Program-made: the position numbers and the translations under genes
Notes under the pieces: model-generated
The model's database searches: none
The model's input: only the letters and a program-made list of their open reading frames with translations
What the model was told of the DNA's origin: nothing
Source of the DNA: a virus
Virus record (IMG/VR): IMGVR_UViG_3300037083_000054
Coordinates: 32,001-96,000 of that record
Length of the DNA: 64,000 nucleotides
Direction: 5' to 3' (one strand)
Part shown: in pieces, positions 31,184-40,653 of the stretch
How positions within the stretch are numbered: the first letter of the stretch is position 1
Layout: each line of letters opens with the position of its first letter

Positions 31184-31721
31184 CGTGCGTCAGTTCATGA
31201 ATGTGGAAAGCCTGCTCGATTGGCGTTCCTTCGTGGTGATATCTCCATTTGGAGAATACTTCTGAGCAGTCGTTCAAAATCTGATCAATTGTCGCTTTCT
31301 GTTTTGGTTGTGTTGTATCTGAACAAAACTGAATGCGAACAAGATCTTTTGAACTATTCTCTTCATATAAAGCAGCAATCTTCTTCTGGCTGTTGGCTGT
31401 CATTTTCTGAAACAATTCGTTCAGTGGGTGTATTCGCTTGATAGATGTGTTTTCGCATTTGAGAACGGACTTGAAATACAACTCAACACAGAAAGCTGTT
31501 GCGACAACGAATGCTTTTAGAGTGGGAAGCCGTGTTTCAACTGTTGATCTTGGGTTTTTCTGATGTTCAACCCTCGCTGCTTCGAGACGATTCAGCGAGT
31601 CAGCGGCGAGAACCTCAGACGAATAGTCCCAATTGACCGCATTGGCAAATAACCCAATTCCAGTGTCGTATGGTTCTGTGTCGAGGGCCACATGGTAAAT
31701 CGTCATATTCGTTGAATCCAT
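31104..31721 (-). CDS. HEPN-like protein
   Basis: AFCVELYFKS...HPLNELF...FSKWRY pattern. Confidence 0.55.
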   Translation of the reverse strand: MDSTNMTIYHVALDTEPYDTGIGLFANAVNWDYSSEVLAADSLNRLEAARVEHQKNPRSTVETRLPTLKAFVVATAFCVELYFKSVLKCENTSIKRIHPLNELFQKMTANSQKKIAALYEENSSKDLVRIQFCSDTTQPKQKATIDQILNDCSEVFSKWRYHHEGTPIEQAFHIHELTHVKNAVRRYLVELNPQWSHYLLEGDHT

Positions 31722-31805
31722 AATTCGCGCGAACCATGTCCGATGTCATGACGTCTTAAGAATATCATGATTCAACATTTGACTCTCTTCGCCCCCACGC
31801 TCTAA

Positions 31806-31997
31806 TCACGACTTCTTTCGTGATTGCTCACGCCGAGCTTCTTCCAGCAGAATTTCCCTGGCCCAGGTAGATGTGTGACCATCTGCCGCCGCGTCGAGAA
31901 CTGTTCGCTCCTCTTTCGTGAGGCGAATACGCAGTTCTGCACTCTTGCGTGCCGCATCGGATTTGAAGGGCCGTCCCCGTTCTCGTTTGGTTTCCAT
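31806..31997 (-). CDS. small RHH/MobC-like regulator
   Basis: RGRPFK..LRIRLTKEERTVLDAAA...STWAREILL. Confidence 0.75.
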   Translation of the reverse strand: METKRERGRPFKSDAARKSAELRIRLTKEERTVLDAAADGHTSTWAREILLEEARREQSRKKS

Positions 31998-32008
31998 ATT
32001 ATTTACGA

Positions 32009-32064
32009 TAGCAACAATAAATAATGAGTCAACCCCTTGACGGAGTATTTATTGTTGCTACAAT
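32009..32064. promoter_or_regulatory. operator IR and transposase promoter
   Basis: 15-bp arms TAGCAACAATAAATA / TATTTATTGTTGCTA; TTGACG-16-TACAAT. Confidence 0.75.
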
Positions 32065-32194
32065 AAATCAGTCGAAACAAAACCCGGTCGCTGCTGAAAC
32101 AACAACCGGGAGCAACCACAACCAGCGTTTCCACTGAATGCGATCAACCAAGTTCATTCTACTGGAAACGCCTCTTAAGAAAAGAGGCTTCATC

Positions 32195-33463
32195 ATGTGC
32201 GACCGGGAACAACGAGGTTTGGCAATCGCGGCAATGACGAAAATCAAACGATGCGGTTATGTGTGGGTCGTTCCCAGCCAGTCCGGAAGCGGTAAATACT
32301 CGGTTTCTCCAGACGAACAGTCCCCCTATTGCTCGTGCCCCGACTTTGAAACGCGGGGCGTCACCTGTAAGCATATTTTCGCGGTTCGATTCACGATGAA
32401 GCGAGAACAGCATAGCGATGGTTCAGAGACGATCACAGAAAGCGTGACCGTCACGGAGACGGTACGTAAAACGTATCCGCAGAAATGGAAGGAGTACAAC
32501 GAAGCACAGAAAAATGAGAAAGACCACTTTCAAGCGTTGCTCCGCAGTCTGTGCGACATGATCAAGGAACCAAACGTTAAGCCCGGTCGTGGACGGCCCA
32601 AGCTGGCGATGTCCGATTGCGTGTTCATGTCATGCTTCAAGGTTTACTCGACCGTCTCGCAGCGTCGGTTTATGTGCGATTTGGATGACGCAACGGAAAA
32701 AGGATATCTGGAGCGGACTCCGCACTACAATGCCATCGGAGCGTCACTCGAAGGCGAAGCGATGACGCCAGTCCTTATGAAACTGATCGCTGCATCAAGC
32801 CTGCCATTGAAGGAAGTCGAAACGGATTTCGCTGTCGATTCGACTGGATTCACAACCTCGAAATTCTATCGCTGGTACGATCACAAGTATGGAAAAGTCC
32901 GCGAAGATCACGACTGGGTCAAATTGCACGCAGTTTGCGGAGTGAAGACGAACGTGATTACCGCAGTTGAGATTCACGAACGGAACACGAACGATTGCCC
33001 GCTTCTGCCATCGCTCTTGGCAAAGACCGCCGAGAACTTCACGGTCAATGAGATGTCAGCCGACAAGCAATATGCCTCGCGTGACAACTTTGACGCCATT
33101 AACGCGATTGGTGCCGACGCCTACATTCCATTCAAAGCGAACGCGACCGGGAGCGTGGGAGGAATGTTCCAGAAGGCGTTTCACTTCTTCAGCCTGTACC
33201 GGGAAGACTTCCTGAAATCCTACCACAAACGGAGTAACATCGAGTCCACGTTCAGCATGTTGAAACGCAAGCATGGGGACAGCGTCCGAAGCAAGACGGA
33301 GGTCGCGATGAAAAACGAAGTGCTGTGCAAGGTTCTCTGTCACAATATCTGCTGCCTGATTTCCGCGATTCACGAATTGGGAATCCAGCCGGTTTTTGAT
33401 AAGCTGATCGGCTGCACATTTAATCGGGAACCTGCACAAGAAATCGCCGCTTTTCGGGATTAA
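32195..33463 (+). CDS. DDE transposase with SWIM zinc finger
   Basis: CSCPDF..CKH; FAVDSTG, SADKQY, RSNIESTF; close paralog of 17221-18438. Confidence 0.92.
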   Translation: MCDREQRGLAIAAMTKIKRCGYVWVVPSQSGSGKYSVSPDEQSPYCSCPDFETRGVTCKHIFAVRFTMKREQHSDGSETITESVTVTETVRKTYPQKWKEYNEAQKNEKDHFQALLRSLCDMIKEPNVKPGRGRPKLAMSDCVFMSCFKVYSTVSQRRFMCDLDDATEKGYLERTPHYNAIGASLEGEAMTPVLMKLIAASSLPLKEVETDFAVDSTGFTTSKFYRWYDHKYGKVREDHDWVKLHAVCGVKTNVITAVEIHERNTNDCPLLPSLLAKTAENFTVNEMSADKQYASRDNFDAINAIGADAYIPFKANATGSVGGMFQKAFHFFSLYREDFLKSYHKRSNIESTFSMLKRKHGDSVRSKTEVAMKNEVLCKVLCHNICCLISAIHELGIQPVFDKLIGCTFNREPAQEIAAFRD

Positions 33464-33619
33464 ATGTGCAAAGCCGAGTCGAGCCGACATTTATTAACTC
33501 CTGATCGTCTGTCTCATCAATCAACCGCCAGTAAGCGAGAAATGTTTGCTGGCGGTGCGCATTTGTGGCGTAATGCTATTGGATAAATGTCTAACCCTGG
33601 ATGATAATCGCGAATCAAT

Positions 33620-34207
33620 TTGTCGAGATCCGAAGGGAATCGCGAGGCTATTCGAATGTGCGTCGAAGACAACATTTTCTCGGATGATTGGGAAAACACC
33701 AACGCCGGTCGATCCGTCAATATTTGGTTTGATCACTATTTCAAAAATGTGTCGGACGACGCCACTGATAAGTACGACGTCATTTACGGATACTCCGATA
33801 CGGTCTGGTCAGAATACATTGCGGCCAAGCGTCACATTGACACCAAAGCGGAAGGGATTTTGCGATTTGGTGCCGCGTCGGCGACGGTTGTCATTGCCCT
33901 CGCGAAATTGAACTCAGTACCCAATTGGGTTGCATTTACCCCCTTTGGATTCTTTTGCATTGCGGCAGCATTTTCTCTTGCGGCAACACGAATCACGATA
34001 TGGCCGCATCCATTGCCGATCAAGGAAGCTCTTCTCAGATTGGCGGAATTTCACCTCGGCACGCAAAAGGCGATGTTGGCTGCCAACATTCACCGAGCGG
34101 CTGTTGGATATGAGATCCTACTCAGGCGACGGGCGAAGTTGCTTGGCTGCGCATACACGTTTACCGCAGTCGGCATTTTATCACTCGCCCTGTTTCTATT
34201 CTTCTAA
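33620..34207 (+). CDS. three-TM membrane protein
   Basis: IDTKAEGIL, two TM helices, a loop and a final TM; start uncertain. Confidence 0.55.
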   Translation: MSRSEGNREAIRMCVEDNIFSDDWENTNAGRSVNIWFDHYFKNVSDDATDKYDVIYGYSDTVWSEYIAAKRHIDTKAEGILRFGAASATVVIALAKLNSVPNWVAFTPFGFFCIAAAFSLAATRITIWPHPLPIKEALLRLAEFHLGTQKAMLAANIHRAAVGYEILLRRRAKLLGCAYTFTAVGILSLALFLFF

Positions 34208-34675
34208 TCCACCGGCTGGATTGCCGTGTTCGGTGCCGCCCGTTTTTGAATACGGCATGTGCCGCTGTGGATTGGCAAGCGATTCGCGAGGCGGTTTGAT
34301 TTGCTGCTGCGGCGACGTCACGGCAACTGGATTGGCAGTCGGAATAACAGCAGGAACCGATTGAGCGTCCGTGGTTGCTGTGGGGACCGGTATGTTTGAT
34401 TCTTGATTCTGCTGCGTATCCATTTTCCACCCATCATGATTTGTCGAACGATCAACAACTCTCGACGAATTAACTTAACCGCCTCGTTCTTCATATCAGT
34501 ATTGTGATTTGCATTCACTGACGAAAGCGAGTGATTCAAGCCTCATGGAAACCAGTGTTTCTCAAAATCGGGAATATCACACTGTGATATATCAGGAAGC
34601 CCGTAATGTCTCCTTGAACAACTCCAACTCGAATCGGTAGCCTTTCTGGCGACGGATTCGAGTTTTTTCATATTA

Positions 34676-35422
34676 GTGAAATGGAGAATCTGCATTGTGA
34701 TGCGCAAGAGATATTCCAGCAGCATAGTCGTCATTACGATTGCATCGGCAATTTTCGTCTCTCTCACATTAGGGGAAGACGACGAATCGAAGACCACGAT
34801 CGCGGCAACGGCAAAGCAGAAAGAACTGCTGGAAAAAGACCCGTTTATCAAAAAGTCCATTGCGGAATTTGAACGAGACGTTCGACTTGCCGAAGAAGCC
34901 TTGCGTCACGCGAAATTCTCTTGTGCCAGCCGGTCTGTGGAACTTTATGAGCACTATCAAAAAGTGTTCACGATGGCGGGCGATTTTGACAAGGCCCTCG
35001 CCTGCAAAACGATGATTGAAGAATTGGAAGCGAGCGGGATGGAATGCTCGCGACCCCGACCGAAGCACACCATTAAGTCGAACGGCCATTTATACGCAAT
35101 CATTCGTGAAGCGGAGACATGGCATGTCGCCAAGCATCGCTGCGAGCAGATGGGAGGACATCTTGCCTATGCAAAGACTCCAGCCGTTATCGCGATGATT
35201 TCCAGAATGTCAGTAGGCGTTGATGTGCATTTGGGAGCGTCTGACGAAGAGAAGGAAGGCGAGTGGAAATGGCTGGATGGAACGAAATATTCACCAAGGC
35301 CCGGATTGATGAATAATGCCATGACTTATCAACACCACCTGATGTGGCTAGATGGTCAGCAAACACTGGACGACGGTTTTGCCGGTCATCGAGCGTATTA
35401 CATCTGCGAATGGGACAAGTGA
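34676..35422 (+). CDS. secreted C-type lectin domain protein
   Basis: Signal peptide; GHLY..TW..AK..C..MGGHLA, LGASDEEKEGEWKWLDG, YICEW. Confidence 0.85.
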   Translation: MKWRICIVMRKRYSSSIVVITIASAIFVSLTLGEDDESKTTIAATAKQKELLEKDPFIKKSIAEFERDVRLAEEALRHAKFSCASRSVELYEHYQKVFTMAGDFDKALACKTMIEELEASGMECSRPRPKHTIKSNGHLYAIIREAETWHVAKHRCEQMGGHLAYAKTPAVIAMISRMSVGVDVHLGASDEEKEGEWKWLDGTKYSPRPGLMNNAMTYQHHLMWLDGQQTLDDGFAGHRAYYICEWDK

Positions 35423-35461
35423 CCGACCATGAATTTGCCATTGCAGTTCGCGACGAATCCC

Positions 35462-35592
35462 GGAAAATGACAAACGCCACGAACTGGTATTCGTGGCGTT
35501 CTCTGATTCAACGTTCTCGGGATGAGAACCATGCAGTTATGGTGACAGTATGGTAACGACTCCCGGTACGCAGTCAACTGGGAGTTTGCAAC
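35462..35592 (+). ncRNA. conserved structured element, copy B
   Basis: Aligns with copies A and C. Confidence 0.7.
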
Positions 35593-35937
35593 ATGGACGA
35601 AATGTTTGATGAGCCGTTTCCATTTGAGGTTCCATTTTGGTTCTTAGAAAACGACGACCGCGAAGTATTTCTGAAGATGGATTTGGAAGAAGGAATTGTT
35701 GCGGCACCGATATTCACAGATGAAGACTTATGTATTCGATACCGGAATTTTTTGGGAGACATTGGTACTCCGTTCCATCCAAGGGAACTTCCGTATCCAT
35801 TATTTATGATAAGCCTGTTCGATTTTTATGACACGAATGGAATAACCCATGTCACATTTGACCCCAGAAATACCATCGCCAACACCTATTCAGTCCAGCA
35901 AATGCGGGAACACTTTAACAGACTCCTCGACCAATAA
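35593..35937 (+). CDS. passenger protein, homolog of 16063-16467
   Basis: AAPIFTDE...HVTFDP. Confidence 0.6.
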   Translation: MDEMFDEPFPFEVPFWFLENDDREVFLKMDLEEGIVAAPIFTDEDLCIRYRNFLGDIGTPFHPRELPYPLFMISLFDFYDTNGITHVTFDPRNTIANTYSVQQMREHFNRLLDQ

Positions 35938-36160
35938 ATGGCCAAGGAAAATGAAAATCCTTAAGATCGGATATGTGGGAAAAGACGGGATTGAACATTC
36001 AAAAGATGTTTCGCGAGACATCGAACCAGATGATCAATAATGGACTCCAATTTTCCGTTCCGACTGGCATGCCCGATTAATCCCCAGCTTGCCCGTTTAT
36101 TCAGGGCCAAATAGGATTAAATGGGCAAAGCCCGTCCATTCGTGTGATTGCGAGTGAATC

Positions 36161-36592
36161 ATGAGCCAACCCAGTTTGCCGCAAGCTCCGAAAGAACATC
36201 CCGTCAAGCACGAATGCAAATTTGCAAGATTGCGTAAATACATCCGCGTTTTGCGGAAAGAATTTCCGGCAGAGTATCCCGTGACTATCTATCGCCGAAA
36301 CGCTCTTTTTCTGAATCCCCACACGGGCGAGCATTGTTGTAACGAATTGCGTGCTGTTAAGGATTCGCAACAGGTCTATGCCTTGGCGTATGGGCCGGAA
36401 GATTATCCGGGACGATTTGTCTTGTTTCTGGCGTATCATCCGGATTTTGGATTCATGGCGGAATCGCTATTTCACGAATGGGCACATTTCCTGACATGGA
36501 ATAGCAAGGGCACGAAAGAGCATCCCTTGGAATATTTCAAGATGTATGGAAAGATTTACCAACGATGTATTGATCAGGGGGTTCCGAAGTGA
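36161..36592 (+). CDS. putative zincin metallopeptidase
   Basis: LFHEWAH with downstream EH. Confidence 0.6.
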   Translation: MSQPSLPQAPKEHPVKHECKFARLRKYIRVLRKEFPAEYPVTIYRRNALFLNPHTGEHCCNELRAVKDSQQVYALAYGPEDYPGRFVLFLAYHPDFGFMAESLFHEWAHFLTWNSKGTKEHPLEYFKMYGKIYQRCIDQGVPK

Positions 36593-36966
36593 AGTTGATT
36601 TATCTTGCCGCTCCCTATTCCCTCGGTGATCAAGCGTTGAATGTCCGTTCGCAGATTCGCAACTTTTCTGAATTGCTCGATGAAGGCATTGTCATTCCCT
36701 ATGCTCCGTTACTCACTCACTTCGTTCACATGCTGCATCCGAAATCCTACGATGCATGGCTCTCCCATTGCTTGAACATGCTCGCTCGAATGGACGCGGT
36801 TCTCCTCTTGCCAGCGATTGAAGAGTCGGTGGATTATCGACAGGAAGAATCCAAGGGCGTCCAGATTGAATTGGCGTTCTGTGCGGCCAACAAAATTCCT
36901 GTGTTCCGCAATAAAGAAACTCTTTATAACTGGGTGACTCAAACGTCCACGGAAGGAAGCGAATGA
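36589..36966 (+). CDS. DUF1937/DUF4406 nucleoside deoxyribosyltransferase-like protein
   Basis: IYLAAPYS, YAPL, SKGVQIE, IPVF. Confidence 0.8.
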   Translation: MKLIYLAAPYSLGDQALNVRSQIRNFSELLDEGIVIPYAPLLTHFVHMLHPKSYDAWLSHCLNMLARMDAVLLLPAIEESVDYRQEESKGVQIELAFCAANKIPVFRNKETLYNWVTQTSTEGSE

Positions 36967-37616
36967 CTGATACTGAATCCGCTCCGATCAAACTCAAGAC
37001 TCCCGAAGAATGGGAACAGATCTGCCATCTCGTGGTTCGTGAACCATCCGGATGGCGGCATCCGGAAAAGAAGTGGAGCGAACCAATCAGCCGCGAAGAG
37101 TTCGAAGAGCGAGCGAAAAAATCCATGTCGGTGCAACTGCACTCCCCATCGAACTATCGCAAGCCTGCGTTCCCGATAATTCATTCAGTGTCGAGCACTG
37201 TCGGAGAAACGTCGACTCATGAACTGCTCGTGAAAACCGACGATGTCCAAATTCGGCACTTCGAAACCGGAGCAACCCGTAATCCCTCGACGCACAAAAT
37301 CAATCCGGCAAAAGCGATGTCATCCCTCGTGATGGAACGATATTGCCGATACATGGCATCACGTCGAGTTCAGCCCGGCGGCGAGATTCGATCGGATGAC
37401 AACTGGAAAAAAGGAATTGATCTCGACTCCTATATGGAATCGGGGCAACGTCACAATCTGCACTGGCTGGAAATTCACGACGGATTCGAATGCACGGATG
37501 AAGACAGCGGCGAGAAAGTCGATCTGGAAACGGCCTGTTGTGCGTTGCTATTCAATGTCAGCGGCTACCTCCACGAAATTCTGAAAGCCAAATCCGTCCC
37601 ATTAAACCGTCAGTAA
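36963..37616 (+). CDS. dATP/dGTP diphosphohydrolase-like (DUF5664) protein
   Basis: FETGATR, DNWKKGI..Y.ES..RH, CALLFN. Confidence 0.75.
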   Translation: MTDTESAPIKLKTPEEWEQICHLVVREPSGWRHPEKKWSEPISREEFEERAKKSMSVQLHSPSNYRKPAFPIIHSVSSTVGETSTHELLVKTDDVQIRHFETGATRNPSTHKINPAKAMSSLVMERYCRYMASRRVQPGGEIRSDDNWKKGIDLDSYMESGQRHNLHWLEIHDGFECTDEDSGEKVDLETACCALLFNVSGYLHEILKAKSVPLNRQ

Positions 37617-37634
37617 TTCGAAGGAATTCAATGC

Positions 37635-37904
37635 ATGGCTAAGAAACCAGTGATATCCGGCAGTCTTTTGAATCAGTTGAAGAAAAAGAAGCCGTCGCTT
37701 CATCAATCGTTTCTCGACAAGCTTCCTGACGCTGTTGCCGAGGAACTAATGGACTTGGCTAAAGCGTTCGTCAATGGCGAACTAATCAATTACAGCCGCT
37801 CCGATGCCATGACATTAATCAACGAAAGCGGCAAGGTTCCGCACGAATTCACGCGGCATCACTGGCAAGCCTTGATCAACAAAGCCAAAAAGGAACTCAA
37901 ATGA
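37635..37904 (+). CDS. hypothetical protein
   Basis: AAGGA RBS; overlaps the next gene. Confidence 0.55.
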   Translation: MAKKPVISGSLLNQLKKKKPSLHQSFLDKLPDAVAEELMDLAKAFVNGELINYSRSDAMTLINESGKVPHEFTRHHWQALINKAKKELK

Positions 37905-39109
37905 AAAAAGCCCGTTTGTTGGAATCGGCTCATGCAGACGCTTCTGACAAACAGAGGCGACCGGAATCCTGTGAAATCACGGAGAAATCCGACAATTGCG
38001 ATATCGTCTATTACGGCTATGAAATCAAAACTGTCGAACAATTGTTAGAGTCCCAAGGCATTGATATGGCCATTTTGGAAATCGTCACGAAAACGATCAA
38101 CAATTGGGAAGTGACCGGAAAACGATCGTTGGGCCAAGATCCTGCGACGAAAGTATGGAAAGGCGATCAGCTCTGGAAAACCGGCAATCGTCAGATCAAA
38201 GTGACGCTGCGGCGAAAGGCCCCGAAATTCATTCAGGATGGCATTCGAGAGCTTTTGCGGAATATCCAGCCTTTTCATTGCCCCAAGCCGCCCAAGCCGT
38301 CGAAATCCGATCGGCACATGGCGGAAATCTCTCTGTATGATCACCATTTTGGAAAACTCGCATGGGGGGCGGAAACAGGCACGCCGTATGATTTGGAAAT
38401 TGCCGAACAAGATTGGTCGGAAGCGATCGTCGGAATGATCGAACGCATTCATGATTTCAATATCGAGAAGATCGTTCTGCCGCTCGGAAATGACTTTTTT
38501 CATTCTGACTCCTTCGACAGCAAGACATCGAATGACACGCGCGTCGATTCGGTCGATGACCGTTTCTCAAAAGTGTTTCGCGTCGGATGTCGATCGGCAT
38601 CGTTTGCGATCGAGCGATGCCTGGAAATCGCCCCAGTCGAAATCATCTTCGTTCCAGGGAATCATGATCGGCATACCGCGTGGTATCTCACGGAAGTGAT
38701 TGCCTCGCGATTTGAAGGCAATAAGCACGTCACGATTGATAACGGGCCTCGTGAGAGAAAATACGTCTCGTATGGGCCGTCTCTGAATGGGTATGTTCAC
38801 GGCGACGAATCAAAACATTCCGACCTACCGACGCTCATGGCCACGGAAGTCCCCCTCTTATGGTCGACAGCCAAGTTCCGATCATGGCGACTCGGTCACT
38901 GGCACAAGCGAAAAGAAGTTCGGCATACAGTGGGCGACACATTCAATGGCGTGGAGGTCCGCATTCTTCCTTCGCTCTGCGGTACAGACGCATGGCATTT
39001 TCGTAAAGGGTATGTTGGCAATCACCGCATGGCCGAAGTGCATCTATTTTCGGCGACGGATGGACCGGTCGGATATTTCTTGCAGCACGCGAAATCAGCC
39101 GCATTATAA
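37901..39109 (+). CDS. metallophosphoesterase / SbcD-like nuclease
   Basis: DHHFGK, GNDFFH, GNHD, HGD and GHWH motifs. Confidence 0.85.
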   Translation: MKKARLLESAHADASDKQRRPESCEITEKSDNCDIVYYGYEIKTVEQLLESQGIDMAILEIVTKTINNWEVTGKRSLGQDPATKVWKGDQLWKTGNRQIKVTLRRKAPKFIQDGIRELLRNIQPFHCPKPPKPSKSDRHMAEISLYDHHFGKLAWGAETGTPYDLEIAEQDWSEAIVGMIERIHDFNIEKIVLPLGNDFFHSDSFDSKTSNDTRVDSVDDRFSKVFRVGCRSASFAIERCLEIAPVEIIFVPGNHDRHTAWYLTEVIASRFEGNKHVTIDNGPRERKYVSYGPSLNGYVHGDESKHSDLPTLMATEVPLLWSTAKFRSWRLGHWHKRKEVRHTVGDTFNGVEVRILPSLCGTDAWHFRKGYVGNHRMAEVHLFSATDGPVGYFLQHAKSAAL

Positions 39110-39116
39110 CAGCCCG

Positions 39117-39488
39117 CTATAATTTACCATATGTCGACGGTGTCCACGAAAACCATTGTCCGTCTTGCCAAATTGTTTTTTCATACAGCTTTTGAAAGAG
39201 TCCGCCGTATTCGTCGTAGCCATCACAGGCGACTCTGGTGAGAACGATTCGCACTGAACAATTGCGAGTTTCGATAATGCGATTGCATGCGGCTACGATA
39301 TCGCTCTTGAATTCATGATAAGTTAGCTCCTTCGTAGTCGTCGATGTCCACTTGAAGAACCAGAATGATTTGGCAGATTCTGTGCTCTTGAAATAACGAT
39401 CGTCTCCATGTTCATGATATCGAATTGGATGATCGGTCCAGACGTCGTCGAAATTGTTGTATTGGATTTTAAACGAATTCATACTCAT
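39117..39488 (-). CDS. hypothetical protein
   Basis: Third gene of a minus-strand trio. Confidence 0.5.
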   Translation of the reverse strand: MSMNSFKIQYNNFDDVWTDHPIRYHEHGDDRYFKSTESAKSFWFFKWTSTTTKELTYHEFKSDIVAACNRIIETRNCSVRIVLTRVACDGYDEYGGLFQKLYEKTIWQDGQWFSWTPSTYGKL

Positions 39489-39490
39489 GT

Positions 39491-39859
39491 TTATTCCGAC
39501 AATTTAATCTCATTCTGATTTCCGCCGATGTGCGTTTTAATGCCGAGTTTATTCTCGACGTTCATGAGTCGCTTGTTGATGCCGTGATAGAAGTCGAGGC
39601 AGCGACCGACTCGGCCATTTAGTTCATTGACCAGTTCATACGAATCCGATGGCAGTGGCGTTTTTTTCGAAAGCTTGTGCAAATCGGACTGTAATCCAAC
39701 CAGCGACTGCGTGAGTTTCGATCCGCCTTTCGCATTCAGAAGTTCGCAGAGAGATTGATCAGTTCGATTCAACAACTCTCGTAATTCTCGAATGGCGTCT
39801 TGAGCCCAATAAAAATCTTGCTGTAGCTTCTCGATTTCTTCTCGTTTCTTTCCCATCAT
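39491..39859 (-). CDS. coiled-coil hypothetical protein
   Basis: Heptad pattern. Confidence 0.55.
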   Translation of the reverse strand: MMGKKREEIEKLQQDFYWAQDAIRELRELLNRTDQSLCELLNAKGGSKLTQSLVGLQSDLHKLSKKTPLPSDSYELVNELNGRVGRCLDFYHGINKRLMNVENKLGIKTHIGGNQNEIKLSE

Positions 39860-39867
39860 AATTTCCT

Positions 39868-40509
39868 TTAGTCGTCACATTCTTCCCACTCAAATCGTAA
39901 TGCACGGGCGAGCCTGCGAAAGTCTCCGCGAGTCGAAATTTCGCCGATCTGAGACAGGATGGCAAACTCCTGATATTGACCGATCGCATAAACGATAAAC
40001 ATTTTTGGGTCGCTGTCTCTCGTCTCATCGAGACGGAATTCCAGTTTGGTTTCTGCCGCGACCCAGACAACAGGATCGTTAGAACGAAGTTCTTCGCAGA
40101 TCCATTCTTTCGTGAGTTGCTCGCTATCATCGGCCTGATGCTCCTGCCGATATAGGCTGGCGTCTTGCTGATAACCGAGCATCTTGTTATGAGCGTATTC
40201 GAATTCCAGTTGTGATCTCGCCAGTTGAGCCATCAGAAATGAATTCGATTGTCGGATCGGAGCCGGGTGTCGTTCGGTCGGGCCTTCCGGTCCGCGATTC
40301 ATCAGATTGCCCATCTCTCCTTGCAACAGTTGCAGGAATTCCGGTGTTCTGCACTGATTTACGATCCAATTTTCCACGGCGTCATTCCAAAGTTGCTGTC
40401 GTTCTGGTGAGAGATCGGACCATTTGTCGCGGAATCCCATAGAATCTATGACGCCACGAAATCCAACCTCGCCTGCCGACATTCGGTCGTTATTAATTTC
40501 AGAATCCAT
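39868..40509 (-). CDS. hypothetical phage protein
   Basis: SAGEVGF...W.DLS...Q.LW motif shared with 1862 and 51569. Confidence 0.6.
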   Translation of the reverse strand: MDSEINNDRMSAGEVGFRGVIDSMGFRDKWSDLSPERQQLWNDAVENWIVNQCRTPEFLQLLQGEMGNLMNRGPEGPTERHPAPIRQSNSFLMAQLARSQLEFEYAHNKMLGYQQDASLYRQEHQADDSEQLTKEWICEELRSNDPVVWVAAETKLEFRLDETRDSDPKMFIVYAIGQYQEFAILSQIGEISTRGDFRRLARALRFEWEECDD

Positions 40510-40653
40510 CAGTATTTCCCTTCGAGTTCACCGATTGCCCACAATCTCTATAACGCAACATTTTCCAAACAGATCACGAAAATCGTGATCCGAATCCAAT
40601 AAACATCCGTTATGAGAGATAGTCGAACGAAAACACACGCCAAAGGAACTCAA

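Larger units (their letters stand above)
30774..36132 (+). mobile_element. IS5-family element B with passenger genes and an extra internal right end at 33459-33475
   Basis: Perfect TIR GGCTTTGCCCATTTAAT at 30774-30790 / 36116-36132; 16/17 copy at 33459-33475. Confidence 0.85.

Noticed and set aside
33620-34207. Pycsar-type TM effector
   Set aside because: Only topology and a D.KA motif are similar; there is no adjacent cyclase.
36963-37616. Z-genome or deazaguanine modification system
   Set aside because: Only the hydrolase is present; no synthase genes in the window.
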